From: Eledone cirrhosa
Lineage: Eukaryota
DNA length: 64,000 nt
Direction: 5' to 3'
Assembly: GCA_964016885.1 (NCBI GenBank)
Contig: OZ024742.1
Location: forward strand, 345,216,001 to 345,280,000
Numbering within the stretch: position 1 is the first letter of the stretch; every line of letters begins with the position of its first letter. Positions 12,041-26,683 of the stretch are shown piece by piece. Position numbers and translations under genes: made by a program. Under the pieces are notes generated by a model that saw nothing but the letters and a program-made list of their open reading frames with translations, was not told where the DNA came from and ran no database searches.

Positions 12041-12829
12041 TTAAAACAAACCACTTTTACAAATGTTTCTCTTTGATGGCGTCAGCAAAAAGACATTTGC
12101 AAAGAGTTCTTATGCACTAACAGAGCTATTGTTTGTAATGTTACATTGTTTGTTATGGATGAACATAAGTTGAATGACTTTTATGATGCACTTCAGAAAC
12201 ACAAATAACCATGTATGTATCTCACAAAACATTCATATACAAGAGTGTGTACAGACATAGCTAAATTGATAATGATAAGGCGCCGGGTTTAATCCCGTTG
12301 TGTTGCATCTTAGGCAAGTGTATTTACTCACGGCTCGTGAGAAACTTCTAGGAAACCGTGGAGAATCACAGTCACGTCATATATTACGTCCTCATTCAGC
12401 TTCGATGTTAGGTTAAGTTCACACGTGTCTGTCGTTTAAACATTTACAAATTACTACCTGATCTCGAATAATCGACCGCAACCCACCCCACCGCTTATGT
12501 ATTTTACATACCCCCCCACTTATTAATTTTATTTTAAGTGGTAGCATTCCTGCGACAATTAATTTTTTTTAGACATAAACAAACATTATACATGACGAAA
12601 AAAAAACATAACTAGAAACCCCATACCTTGTAAAATAAATACTGATGTAAACTAATCTACTAATTCTGGTTTTTAGAAACATCAACAAATGCAACTTAGA
12701 ACAATTACCCCCCCCCCCCACACACACACACACACTCCTCCCCTTTATTTGGGACCCGAGAGTAGTTCACGAGCTGGAAGTGCAGTTAATAGAACGTGAT
12801 AATGCTCATCACGAAACAGACGAAGGATC

Positions 12830-13268
12830 CACCATACACACATACATACCACACACACACATATTCCACACACACATACACATATACAGACACGTGTACA
12901 CACATACACCACACACCATACATACACACACGCATACACACATACACACACCACGCACACATATACACACACACATACACACGCATATACAAACATACAC
13001 CACACACCACACATACACACATACACACATAGGCACCACACACGCATACACACTACACACACACACACCACACACACATACACACTCGCATACACACATA
13101 CACACACGGCACACACATACATACACATACACATACCCCCCTCACACACATACCACATACAGTATGTGTGTATGTGTGTATGTGTATGTGTGTGTGTATT
13201 ACACACACATACACACACCACACATACACACACCACACACACACACACATACACACATATACACACGC
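12830..13268. repeat. (CA)/(TA)-rich compound microsatellite
   Basis: Direct reading. Confidence 0.95.
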
Positions 13269-13743
13269 GAAAACCAAGAAAAAAAAAGCAATAAATCTGA
13301 AATTTCTGCAACATTTCAATAACGATACAATAGCTTTGTGACTTGTAGAGAGATAGAGATAGAAAAGGAATTCAGTAAATTCAGCTTTATCTATCTTCTC
13401 TCTTCTATTGAGAAGCTATCTCAGACTCTCATCTTATATTTTATTTTTTCTATCTTTCCGACATGAACAATTCCCAGGCTGTTTGCTTTCCTCAATTTTT
13501 CACCGATATTATCTGTTTTAAATTTTCTGGATTATATATATATATATATATATAAAAATTGATGAGCAGAACAAACACACATTAAACAATCCTTTAAATA
13601 TATTGAAAAATGATTTAAATATCTACCTGTTCATCAATTTTTATAGTTCTTGTATCTCGAATTAGTACCATAGAACAACAATTATATTATAGACACCCTA
13701 TATATCGCTATCTGTACTTAGAACTCAGTGAGATATTTACCTC

Positions 13744-13774
<31 letters not shown>

Positions 13775-13779
<5 letters not shown>

Positions 13780-14612
13780 TTTTCGCTCATGAAATCCACC
13801 CAGATTATGCTGACCATGACTACCATGTTGCTTGTTTATTTCCTTTCTTTGGTTTGTTTTTATCCGTCTATGTTGTTCACTTGTCCCCCTCGCTTTACGC
13901 GATTACTGGTCCCAATAACTTTTCTTAGATTATTCCTCGCACCAACCTGAGGTATCTGATTTTTAATGCGATGAAATACCAATGATGGTTGGAAAATCAT
14001 AGACGAAGGACTATTTTTATCATATTTAACCCATGTGCAAACCACGCAGTATTCTTCTTTCTTCTCGTGTTTTTTATATATATTTACCTCGGCTGCGTTT
14101 GTCTGTTTCTCTCTTACTGCTTCCCCGTTCTCTCTGTTTCTCTCACCTTCTTTCGCCCCCTCTGTTAGTTACACTTTCTCTCGACTGACCGCTTCCTCGC
14201 ACTTCCACTCACTCACTCTCTGTTTCTCCCCTTCTCACTTCTTCCCGTTTGGCTAACAGTGGGCCTCTCTTCTTCATTACATCTCACTCAGGTCGGACGT
14301 CTATACTTTTCGCTTATGAAATCCACCCAGATTTTTCTGATCAGGACTACCATGTTGCTTGTTTATTTCCTTTCTTTGGTTTGTTTTTATCCTTCTATGT
14401 TGTTCATTTGTCCCCCTCGCTTTACGTGATTACTGGTCCCAATAACTATTTTTAGATTATTGCTCGCACCAACCTGAGGTACCTGATTTTTAATGCGATG
14501 AAATACCAATGATGGTTGGAAAATCACTGACGAAGGACTATTTTTATCATATGTAACCCATGTGCAAACCACGCAGTATTCTTCTTTCTTCTCATGTTTT
14601 TTATATATATAT
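13775..14612. repeat. ~310-bp direct repeat pair (13775-14083 and 14302-14612) bounded by (TA)n; probable Penelope pLTR tandem
   Basis: Two near-identical copies separated by a ~220-bp pyrimidine-rich spacer. The second copy contains CTGACGA-AGGAC but no matching GAAA half. Confidence 0.6.
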
Positions 14613-14931
14613 ATGAAATCGAAAATGCAACTGGAGTCTTATTTCTAAAAAAATATATATATTTATTTGGTTCCTTTACCGGTTTCGCAGTTCTTCTGCT
14701 TTTCAAAAGTAGAGTTGAGATGGAGGGTCTGATATATAAATAAAAGTGGAAGCTTAGTAAATTCGAAGCTTTGGATGTGGCGAAGCAAAGTTGACCTACA
14801 ATAAGGATTGAGTAGTAAAGCACTCAATAAGGCTCCTTAGAGCAATAACATTACGTTTAAATAGCTTGACAAATTGAAAATTGCGATGGGCAAAACCCAA
14901 CCATACAGTACCAAAAACAATGAAAGAACTA

Positions 14932-15189
<258 letters not shown>

Positions 15190-15233
15190 CAATGATATTA
15201 AATAAATGGAAACTATATTTATAAAACCATATT

Positions 15234-15298
15234 TATTTTATTATATATATTTCGAGGGTAACCAAGACAACATTGGTACGCTTTCATCAGATAAAATA
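15234..15298 (-). ncRNA. Minimal type I hammerhead ribozyme in pLTR
   Basis: Minus strand reads TATTTTAT-CTGATGA-aagcGTACCA..TGGTTACcctc-GAAA-TATATA-TA-ATAAAATA. Confidence 0.78.
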
Positions 15299-16536
15299 CA
15301 AAGTTTGTTTTATAAATAGAGACATAGCTAAGAAAATCATACGTTATCGGTTGGCAATTCACTGTATAGTGGAAATATATTAGGGATTATTCAAACTTAT
15401 GTCTGAATATGCAAATGAATATGTAAATAATTGAAAAACAACCGTTTATTTAAATGACACTTGAGAAAGAGAGAGAGAAAAAATAAAAAATAAAAAATAT
15501 TACGAGAGAGATAGAGAGAAGAAATAGACAAGAGAAGATGAATAAAACTCATATAACGTTAATTTGGGGGAAATATATTCTAAGTATATATTTAACAGTA
15601 CGTGTATTTACGATTATTAGTTGTTTAAAATTCGTTTCTAATATATTTTCTGTTATAAGTAGATAGATAAATAAATAAATAAATAGATAAATAGATAAAT
15701 AGATAAATAGATAAATAAATGAATAGATGGGTATATCGTGTTATAGATAATTGTTTTAATGAGTTAAGAGGGATATTGGTTTTGTATTTAATGTAAGTAA
15801 ATATTAAGTTAAATTAAATTAAATTAACTGAGTTAATAAGAATATTTATATTTATATATTTTAAAATGGGAAGATACGGAAAAACTCCAGTTTTGTTTAT
15901 TTATTCGTTAGTAAGAGACTATTTTGTCAAAATTAGTATAAATGTTGAAAGATATATTTATCCAGAATTAGTTAGTGGTTATAAATCTAATAAAACATAT
16001 CGAAAAAATATTTAAAATTTGAGACATATTTTTTTGTTTTTAAATAATTTATAAGAGATAAGTAATTTTTAAAAATTAAGTAATTTAAAAAAAAAAGATA
16101 AATAATTAAAGAAATAAAAAAAGGAAAAATTAAAATTATTAAGATTAAAATTACAATTAAAATTTAAATTTAAATTTAAATTTAAAAAAAATTAGAATTA
16201 TATATGTATATATTTTATGAAACTTTAAGAAGTGAAATTATAGCAAATGTTATAGATATAATTTAGAGAAATAAATATATCAAAACCAAGTAGATAAGAT
16301 TGTTATGGAAATAAGTAGAAATATTATAAGTGTAATTATAATTTGTATATAGTTCTAAATGTTGAATTCAGGCGATGTCTACAAGAATTAAATAAATTCG
16401 TTCTTAGATTAATAGAGTTCTTACATTTAAGTATGAAAAAAATTTCCTCAACACACAATTTGGAGAATCTAGATAAAGCTGTGTTTCGGTACGAGGGTGC
16501 TCCGAAATTATTTCCCAAGTTAATGAATAATCCTGC

Positions 16537-16592
<56 letters not shown>

Positions 16593-16636
16593 ATATTAAA
16601 TAAATGGAAACTATATTTATAAATCCATATTTATTC

Positions 16637-16676
<40 letters not shown>

Positions 16677-18905
16677 CTAGCAGATTTACCCGGCGTTGGT
16701 CGGGATTTGAAATTATGCTAAGAATATACAGCTAGGAAGTAAAAGAAGAACATTATTTGTCCCCAACCTGTCAAAATAAGCAGAAGTCTTCAATAATTAA
16801 TGCAAACGAATATTTAGTGCAATCTTTGTACACATAAAACTATGCTGATAATGAAGGAAAACACTGAACAGGATGTAGTTATACAAATGATTAAAGACAA
16901 TACACGTTGCAAGTCAGTAAAAAAAACAGGCAGTTTTGCTAAAGTACAAAAAGTTGTAATGAAAGCAAAGTTTTATACAAACAAAAAAACATTGATAGTA
17001 GAATAAGAGAAAATCTATTCTTTGAGAGCATCCTTTGCTGTGTATGGTTAATTTTTTAACTTATAATCCAAAATATCCTGCATGACTTATTCATTGGTAT
17101 GTTTGGTAATGAGTAAGGTGAAGTCAAGGCAGAGCTGTAATAAGTGTTTTTGTTAACACTAAAGCACTTCAGGATAGACGATATTCTTTGTTTTTCTTTT
17201 CGGAACAAACGCAAAGAGATTATCTCGACTGCCAACTCGTGAGCATGCAACGTAGAATTGTCCGTGCGAAAAGCAAGGTTCATCCAAGTGAATTCCAGCG
17301 ACGGACAGAGTTTGACCTTGCGACTTGTTTATGGATATCGCTAAGGCAACACGAAGGGGAAATTGGGTTCGGCTAAAGGAGAAGGGAGTATCCACGTAGA
17401 TGTAGTTAGGCTAATTTTTGTTATTATCCCATCCTCGCATTTTCCACATCCGGATAGAATGGTAGCGTCAATACTAAGTGGAGACAGTTTTTAACCACAA
17501 GGAGTTTACCATTGCATAGTTTTTGAGGAGTGATATTTCTCAGCAAAATAACTGGTGTTCCCTCTTTCAGAAACAAGGTATTAGGAGGTAAACCAGGAGG
17601 ATTTAAAAAAATTATAAATTCAACTGGATAATTGACCGCATCCTGTGGATCTCATACAGTATCAATAGATTTATATATCCGTGGACATCCAGGAAGAAGC
17701 TGAAGAAGCTGATCGTTAATACAGCTAACCGTGATATTTGTGGGTGCAAGAATGGCTCTTTCGCATAGCCAATCAAGATTCGTATAGTTATCACGCAAGT
17801 TCGGGAATACACTCGCCATGAGATCTTCGACAGTTTCAACTACATTGCAGATGTGATCAATTGCTATGTGTACATCTGTATCCGGAGGTAGGTTACCATC
17901 TCCTATTGTAAGAATGTCTCCAGAAAATGTTGATGACAGAGGGCCCCCATACAACCTTGCACGCATGTTGGTAGTTAGTCATAATGGTGTTACTTGTCGC
18001 TACAATGTTGAAGACTTAAGACATGCATTTACCGCATCTGCTCTTGTACCTTTCGGTATTATAGGAAGAGTCTGTCTGAAGTCTCCTGATAGCAGAAGGG
18101 TGACACCCCCCATAACATCACTGCAATCACGTATGTCTTGCAAAGACCTGTCTAGTGCCTCAAGAGCACCTTTGTGCGCCATTGTGCACTCATCCCAAAC
18201 AATAAGGTGACACCTTCGCAGCAGATGAGCCCTTTCGGTGTCTTTGGTGATATGGCAAGTAGGAGTTTCCAATTTTGCCAAATCAAGGGGCAATTTAAAA
18301 ACTGAATGTGCCGTCCTTCCACCAGGGAGCAACGTTGCTGCCTTTCATATTGTTGTACTGTCTCTGCAGATCTTGCTGCAGCACTATCTGTAGCATCCAC
18401 AGCAAGGCGTGTTTCACGTTGCTCTGTAGTCTCTGCAGCTCGTGCTGCAGCAGTTGCCTTAGCAATATTGGTTCGCCGCACTAACCGACGCTCAGCGGCG
18501 GACAAAGATGTTGCAATAACTGTACTCACCGCATTTAGTGATTGTCTATTTTCGGTTATCGGCGGAGCGTCATTTAAACGCATTGTTTTCTTCGACTGAT
18601 AGCCAATATGTGCATACTTTCTTTTACGGGGCATATTTGGTGAAAAGGTTATCTCCCTTTTTTATAAGGATTGTCAATAAAGTTTGTTATCTCCCTTAGA
18701 TAAATTTTTCTTCCGATAATTTTGATATCGATTTTTTATTGCTCAACGTGTGTCGATTTGAAAAATGTTAGTGATGTGACAATCTTAGCGACCTGTGCAA
18801 CGTGCACAGAAAATATGGTCAAATTCAGTTGGCAATTGTGAAATCCTTATGCATGCAAAGGTGTACACAGACCCACACACATCCACGCTTTTATATATAT
18901 AAAGA
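16677..18905 (-). mobile_element. Helitron with internal deletion (N-terminus fused to PIF1 helicase remnant, Rep absent)
   Basis: A|TC at 18905 and CCCG..CGGG hairpin plus CTAG|T at 16677. Helicase motifs LPGGRTAHSVFKLP, LIVWDE, GDFRQTLP, RAILAPTN, QFPLRVALAISINKSQGQT and HGQFYVACSRV are present. Confidence 0.92.
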
Positions 18906-18953
18906 TATATTTCAAGGGTACCAAAATTTTGGTACGCATCATCAGATAAAATA
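18906..18953 (-). ncRNA. Hammerhead ribozyme split in loop III by the Helitron
   Basis: Minus strand reads TATTTTAT-CTGATGA-tgcGTACCAAAATTTTGGTACcctt-GAAA-TATA and then the Helitron begins. The stem I partner lies at ~16632-16639. Confidence 0.72.
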
Positions 18954-19290
18954 CGAAGTGTGTTTTATAAATTTTGACATAACCAAGGAGAATATACCTT
19001 AACGGTTCACGTTTTCATTGGATAGTGGAGGGATAAGAGAAGGAATAAGAGAAGAAAAGTCAGATATTTCAAATTATTACGATGAATATGCAAATGAGGT
19101 TATTTTAGACGTTATGGAAAATTTAAATAATTATGATAAGTTATTGTATGCGTAGGAAAGAAGAGAAAGGAAGAATAGCTCGCATTTATGTTAATTTTGG
19201 GGAAAACATGTATTTACCTATATAATTAGATTATATGAAGAATTATGGTTGTAAATATTTTCATCTTATTACATTACGATAGGTTATATG

Positions 19291-19328
<38 letters not shown>

Positions 19329-21324
19329 TAAATTGCGTATGTATTAGTTGTTTATATATCGAATATTGATTTTGTATGTTACTTAAAAATAGATGGTTCA
19401 AGTTGTGGATTCAAACATTTTGTTCAACATTGAAAATGTTTTCAGAATATTTTTAATTTAGCGAAGCTATACAGATTATCAAACATAATATGTTTATGTT
19501 TGCACGAGTGAGAAAGGAAAGATAACTCCAATTTTGTTTGTTAACCATTAAATTAGATGAATAATTTACTCTAAAATATATAGAGAAAATTATATATTAT
19601 TTTGTGTGAGATCCATTATTTTAGTCGAAAGATGTGTGAATGTTTGAATAACAAAAAGAGAGAGGAAAAATGTAATGTTGTTTTCGAAGATCTATCGTAA
19701 AGAGGATACATTTTCAGAATGTCATTTAAAGATTATCAATCTACATCCAAAAATATATTTAGAGCGGTGTCCTTAGAAAAATAATGTCGGAATTAAAAAT
19801 AATGTCAGAATTAAAATAATGTCAGAAATTAAAATATTAAATATATATATTAAAAATATTATAAATAGTAGAGATATTAAAATTTTTTAGAAATATTAAA
19901 CATATTTTATAAATATTTAACATATTAAAAATATTTTTAAAAAATTTACATTTAAATTTTTAAAAGGGTAAGATCCTTTTGAAGGTGTATAGGAATATTA
20001 TAAATTAAAACTATTTCTGAACGTGGAATTTTGGCGATGTTTGCAAGAAGAAAATAATTCTGTTCTGAGATTAATAGAGTTTTGACAGTTAATTATATAA
20101 AAAATTTCTTCGATACACAATTTACAGAAGCTTGATAAAGCCGTATTTCGGTATGCAGGTGCTTTTGAAATCGTTCTCCAAGATATTGAATAGTCTATAT
20201 TGTTGTCTTTTAAATTCCAAATTAGATGTGAAAGTGAAGTAGAAGATTTTTTATCAGATCTCCTAAATGTATGATTATGGTTATTCCAGCATTCTTTAAA
20301 TTTTTTTGAAGTGGCACCAACATAGTTAAACATGTTTTCTCTAGTTTTAACTGTGCATTTATAAACTATGTTTTTGTCTAAACAAGTATTTTGTAAAGGG
20401 CAGTTTGATTTGATTCTTCAGTTACATTTAATGGAATTATTGTTGTTCAGAACGGTAATATTATTCAGAATATTGTTGTTAGAAATATTATTATTGCTAT
20501 TTTGGTTAGTTTGGTTAGGGTTTAAATTTAAGTTTCTATTATTAATTATATTTATATTTTGTGCTATGTTCATAGTAGTAGAGTAGGATAGTTTTATAGT
20601 GTGTCTGTTAAAAATAGAGTGGTATATGTGGGCTTTAGGAAAACATTTATTTAGTGCTTTAAAGAATAGCTTTGCTAAAGGTGTTTTAACGCTTAATGAG
20701 AATGGGGGAGAGTACTAAATAATATTTCTAGTTCTAGTTTTTTTGTCTGGTTTAGTGTTTAAGTTAATACTAGGATGATATGTCATGTTATTGTTATCTA
20801 TGTATTTAATTCTATTCGAGTATACTGATCAATGTAAAGCTTCATTATAATATTCAGCCTTATCATCAAAAATATTTTTATTAGCGCAGATGCGTGAAAT
20901 CCGTTGGTGGACGCTATTGACAATAATGATTTAATATTTCTAGGATGATTAGAATTGAAACTTACATAATTTAGATTTTCGTTCATTTTATGGAAATGAT
21001 AGTGAAGACCTGTGCTAAGGTTTAAAGTTACATCTAAGAAGTTAACGATTTCTAACTTAAGATTGTAGTTGTTGAAAAATTGTATTATGGATTTTCTTTT
21101 CCTATTAATTTCACTATTGCTATGGTTTTCAGTTAAAAGCAACATATCGTCACAATATAAACCCCCGGTCATCTCTGGCATTTCCCTATGCAGTACATTA
21201 TTAATAAATAATCCAACGAGGTCTGTAAGTTGCGCCGAGTCAGATGATCCCATAGTGATATCAAAATTGTTTTTGCTGTCGGCTCTTGTCCAGAGATGAT
21301 TATTAAATTCTATTATATATATAT

Positions 21325-21371
21325 ATATATAATGCACTGGGTATTGATGGCCTTGTGCCAAAAGTAGAAAC

Positions 21372-21423
<52 letters not shown>

Positions 21424-21651
21424 TATTATTGTTATTATTACTACTGGATTACTATTATCGGTAGAGCGTCGAACAACATGATTTGTGGTATACAGACACG
21501 GCACTGTGCGTTCTGAGTTAAAATCGCGTTGAGGTTAGTTTTGTCTTTAATCCTTACGTTTTCGATAAATAATGCACCAGTAATACACTGTGGTCAATTT
21601 AATCGACTTTCCCTTCAACCCAAATTTCTGGCCATGTGCCTATAGCAGAAA

Positions 21652-21682
<31 letters not shown>

Positions 21683-21853
21683 CATTATTATTATTATTAT
21701 CATTATTATTATTATTATTATTATTACGTCCCTTTACGGTCTGAGTTCAAATCCCGCCGCGGTTAACTTTGCCTTTCATCCTTACGGGGTCGATAAAATA
21801 AAGTACCAGTAATGTGCTGGGTAATTACTGGCCTTGTGCCAAAAGTAGAAACA

Positions 21854-21890
<37 letters not shown>

Positions 21891-22250
21891 GGGTACTTGA
21901 GGTTGGTAGGTTGGCACGTGGTTATGTCCCTTTGCTTTCTGAGTGCAAATCCCGCCGAGGTTAACTATACCTTTTATCCCTACGGGGTCTATAAAATAAA
22001 GTACCAGTAATCCACTGGGGTCGATTTAATCGACTTTCCCCTACTCCAAAATTGCTGGCCTTGTTCCTAAATAAGAAACCATTATTATTACTATTAGGGT
22101 ACTTGAGGGTAGTAGATTGACACTTGCTTTCTGAGGTCAAATCGTGCCGCGTTTAGCTTTAGCTTGCCTCCTTACAGCGTTGATAAAATAAAGCACCAGT
22201 AACGCACTCGGATAATTGCTCGCCTTGTGCCAAAATTAGAAACAATTATT
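21325..22250 (+). mobile_element. Tandem array of SINE copies and fragments separated by (ATT)n
   Basis: Copies at ~21440-21655, 21725-21855, 21890-22080 and 22097-22250, plus a tail fragment at ~21335-21375. Confidence 0.85.
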
Positions 22251-23537
22251 ACCAAGAAAAAGACCAATGGAAACATTATTTCCATAATCCGATTTGACGA
22301 TTATGTATTTTCCTTATGAAGGAATCTGGGGTACTGGTTACTGTGTTGGATACACAATCATCACGTTTCTCCTTGTATCAAGAGCTTGCGACCGGCAGTT
22401 AGTATCAGAAATGGAAAGACAAACTGAAATATTGTCGCCTTGCTCCGATCTCACTATCGGGTCATTTTCTTTCAATTTCTTTTCGTCTTTATATAACGTA
22501 AATCGATAGACATTATTTTTTGGAACTGTTATTGCGTCAGTGTGTATGCTGATGCTGTAAAGTATGCTTTTGTTATCATTGGAATCAGAAAATTCGCAAG
22601 AAATTCACTAAACACCAGCATTCCTCATTAATTTCTTAATATAATTGCGCTCAAATTCATTTTCTTAGAAACCCTATTTTATGAATCTTAAATCAAAGTT
22701 AGTGAAATAATTTTTGTTTCCAATAGATTGTTTATTAGAACGCCACGAGGGATGTAATTTCTAAATTAGATATCAGTAAAGCCTAAATAATGAATTCTTT
22801 GCACCTTTCAGTAACTTCATTATGGGAAGATGTGGAGATAATAAAGACAAGAGGCAAATCATGGAATAAACAATTAAGCCGAGCAAATCATGTTGGAGTT
22901 GTCTGGAAAGAACAAAGACAGAAAGGTTTGATAAAGTAATTGTGTGTTTGACAGCGCTATACAATCTTTATTTTGCCCGAGTGAATAAGTTTACAATGTT
23001 ACAAGATATTTAATTATAAAACATGCATCGACAACATGAAAAGTTAGACTATTCTTTGTTAATTAAAATTATTGTTGCAATAAAAATGTGGATTCTTTTA
23101 ATTAACTTTCGTTCTATTATCATTTAAAAGGATCCTTTTTTAAATAAATTTTCTTAATAATAGTCGTGTTTACAATAACGTTTATTTTAGTGGGTTTTTT
23201 AACTTCAAACAGCTAAACGAAATTTATAATTTAACTATTAAATTAAAGGCGAAATACCTCATAATAACAGTTGTTAGGTGTTTGTTAGGTTCTAGGCGAT
23301 GTTAACATTCGTAGATCATTTAATATTGATGGCATTCTTAATGTTATAAATCATCCATTGTATCATATTACGAACTGCACAATCAGAGAATGGATTTTGT
23401 TCCAAATACAAACTTAATTAGTGACGATTTTGTAAATAAATTTCACTGCTAACATATTCTATTATTGAAATAGCCGAGTCGATCTTCTGTTGAACATGGC
23501 AACAAATTGGCTGTCTGGGACATTCTAATGTACAAAA

Positions 23538-23966
23538 ACACACACACATACACACACAGATACACACACACACACACGCACACACATACATACACACACA
23601 CTCACACACACACACGCACGCACAGATACACACACACACTCACACACACGCACACACACATACACGCACGCACAGATACACATATACGCGCGCATGCGCG
23701 CAGATACACACACACGTACGCACAGATACACATACACACACATACACACACGCGCGCACAGATACACACACACTCACATATACACAGACACATACACACA
23801 GATACAGACACAGATACACAGATACATATACACTCACACACTCACACACACTCACACACACACTCACAGACATACACTCACATAGACACAGTCACATACA
23901 CACACTCACATACATACACTCACATACATACACTCACACACACACTCACACACTCACACACACATG
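23538..23966. repeat. (CA)-rich compound microsatellite
   Basis: Direct reading. Confidence 0.95.
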
Positions 23967-25489
23967 CACTCAGATACGACATTTCTAAGGAACGATTGTG
24001 TTACTTGCGGAAGCTCCTCCCATCTCCAGATCTGAATACAGTAGATTTCTTCCAAAGAAGAAGAGAGTGAGAGAATGTAAATGAGAAAGAGATATAGAGG
24101 AAGAATCAACCCCATTACTAGACTGCTACTTTTTATATCAACCTAGAAAGGCTCAGTTTACCTCGGTCTGATTTGATCTCAGAGAGGATGGAGACATAAC
24201 GAATACCACAATGTATTCTATCTGACATTGTAATGACTCTGCTTATTCATCGCCTTCTGAAGAGGGCATCGTGTATTAAACCTGAAAACATGTATTTTCG
24301 TTAATTATGAGCTATCATTTTGAATAAGATTATTTTACCAAAAACCATGATAAATATGAATTGTAGTGTAATTCTCATCAGAAATTACAAGATATAAATA
24401 AAACCCTCTGAATACAATCTACAAAAAAGAAACAATATAATAAAAAACAATTTCTCTCCTAAAATTTCATGTTTACAATTCAACAGTCTTGTAACGTCTC
24501 ATACCAACTATTATAGGAATTATATTTTTCATTTTTTTCATAATTCAGTAATTCTTTTGTGGGGATGTCCTAATATAATCTCTTTAAATATCAATATCAA
24601 CAAAATGAAGTATATTGCCAGAGAGTGATTAAATATGTATATATAGATATTTAAGTATGTTAATCCGTACAGAGTACATTTATTAGTTTCTAATTTACGC
24701 TTAAGGCCAGCAATGCGGTGAGAGAGGAAATTTGCTTAATACTTTTCACGTACTTTATTTTATCGACTCAGGAAGAAAGACTGGTAGTTTATTAATCAAC
24801 CTCAAAAATTTACTTCGGTGGTATTTGAATTCTGGGCGGAGTGATCCAGAACAAATACCAAACTGTTTTTAATCCGAGGCTCAATAACGACTCTGCTAAT
24901 TCACCGCAATAAAATATTTTGCTGGAGAATACAATACACATTGCGCGATTAATAAATTGCAACCATGAGCCCATGATTGCGAGTTAAACATTCTAACCAC
25001 TAGGCCCCAGCCTTTCACTAAAGTGTAATGTATGAAGCACATATATACGCTGATATCACAATTTTGGTACGTTTTGTATACTCTATTACACTATTACGTG
25101 TTCTAGCCGACATGCTGAGGCCATGCTGGGGCACCACCATGTAGAGCAAAGATTAAACATTCTAAATGAAAAGTACTATGTATGTGTCTGTAATTTTCGA
25201 TGGAGTGGTAGGGGCGCATACAGTATATCTTGGACATTTCAAACCTGGTGGAACTTATCCTTCTCCAAATATGAACACATGCGATTTCTTCCAGGGAAAG
25301 AGAGGAAAAAGGGATAGAGAGGAAGTGAGAAAGAATTGACCCCACTAATTGACTGGTACTTTTTTAACGACATCAAAAAGATGAAAGTCAATATTGATCT
25401 CGGCTAGAAATACAGAGAGCCTGATTGAATCCCTCAAAGCATTCTAACCGGCGTTCTACCGATTCTGCTCGTTCAGCGTATACGGAACA

Positions 25490-26131
25490 TCTATATATAT
25501 AAAGTTGTAGTTCCTGTGTGTTTCTTTGTTCACGAACTCCTCCTATGGTTTTGGAAATAGACCCCCATAATCATATATATTCTGAAACTCCATTGCTCAT
25601 GGTACTTGGATAAGTATATTTCATTTTAATCAAAGGGTTACCGGGGACACAAACGCCTGCTGTAAACGATTTTCCTTCGATTTATATTAAACTTAAACCA
25701 TAGGTAAATGACTACGATATGATGCATATTCACAAAATTTCAGCAAATTCCAATAATATTAAGACACCCTAATGGAAGTGAAACACCCTATAGTGAAAAT
25801 TTTGGAAGTCCATACCTCGAGCATTGGAACTTTGAATTTCTAATTTGAAAATAATGCTTTACACAAAAATGAAATGATCAAGATTAGAATTGATATTTTG
25901 AAAAAAATTATTTACAAAAAAACAAAATAAGAATAAGATTTAATAATGTAATTTTGATTTGATATATTACTAAAAATAATGTTTTTCAAGTTTTCATGCA
26001 TTACATTTTACATTGAGTAATATTGAAATGCAGAGTTTTCTCCCATAAATTATATCACTGATTTAAAATCAATCATCATTTTCATACAAAGAAATATGTG
26101 AAACACTGCAAGGCGCGGGTAATTCGGCTAG
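25490..26131 (+). mobile_element. Non-autonomous Helitron
   Basis: A|TCTATATATATAAAG start. The 3' end CACTGCAAGGCGCGGGTAATTCGGCTAG is joined directly to the TC of the next Helitron. Confidence 0.75.
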
Positions 26132-26221
26132 TCTATCATAAAGGGAGGCGTACGGGACAGTGTCCGTTTTATTTTTTTTATCACGTTAGTAAAATAAGTT
26201 TTATTACTTTGAATAAATAAT

Positions 26222-26410
26222 TGTTTCTACTTTTGGCACAAGGCCAGCAATTAACCAGTGTATTACTGGTACTTTATTTTATCGACCCCATAAGGATGAA
26301 AGGCAAAGTTAACCTCGGCGGGATTTGAACTCAGAATGGCAAGGGCCGTAACTCTATGCGACAAAGCATGGCGTCCGACCCTCTACCGATACTGCCAATC
26401 CACCGCCCTA
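26222..26410 (-). mobile_element. SINE inserted in Helitron, 17-bp TSD
   Basis: TSD TACTTTGAATAAATAAT at 26205-26221 and 26411-26427. Confidence 0.92.
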
Positions 26411-26683
26411 TACTTTGAATAAATAATGAATGGATATTACATAATTTATGCACTAGATTTCGTAAATGTTGATTAAATAAATAAATGAATAATTTTATTG
26501 CTTATTTCAAGATTTACTGCTTTTAAAAATTTCAAATTTCAACTTCTGGTATAAAGATGTTGCCGTAAAATTAGGTTCGTTAACATAGCCAGTATGTTGT
26601 ATGTATAATAATGACAATTGTTGTGTACAGCGCTCAAGTGTACTATATCTCATCGATTATATATCATTATATTTCAAACATAC

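Larger units (their letters stand above)
15190..21312 (-). mobile_element. Penelope-like element, partial tandem, degraded, interrupted by a Helitron
   Basis: RT fragment ITMGSSDSAQLTDLVG..GGLYCDD..VNFLDVTL (20798-21310). GIY-YIG fragment YVGATSKKFKECW.NH..CKLCIEE..ELFSSCKH (19998-20333). A second EN tail lies at 16336-16510. The terminal segments at 15190 and 16588 are the same sequence. Flanks are (TA)n. Confidence 0.88.

Noticed and set aside
12745-13322. Long His/Thr- or Cys/Val-rich ORFs (also at 14.8-15.2, 23.5-24.0, 56.0-56.7 and 57.6-58.2 kb)
   Set aside because: Stop-free dinucleotide repeats, not genes.
14521-14560. CTGACGA-AGGAC hammerhead-like 5' half
   Set aside because: No downstream stem II partner or GAAA is visible, so it is at best a deleted ribozyme.
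14671-14712. Degenerate hammerhead on minus strand (TTGAAAA-GCAG..CTGC-GAAA-CCGG-TA); similar decayed motifs at ~34298-34330, 55993-56034 and 58355-58420
   Set aside because: Core nucleotides or stem I are mutated. They are probably dead relics and are not listed as RNA features.
22540-23520. Non-repetitive AT-rich stretch as a possible host exon
   Set aside because: No convincing ORF or recognisable domain in any frame.
24015-24050. PSPDLNTVDF, resembling the Tc1/mariner SPDLNP motif
   Set aside because: Only ~10 codons, with no further transposase sequence or TIRs.
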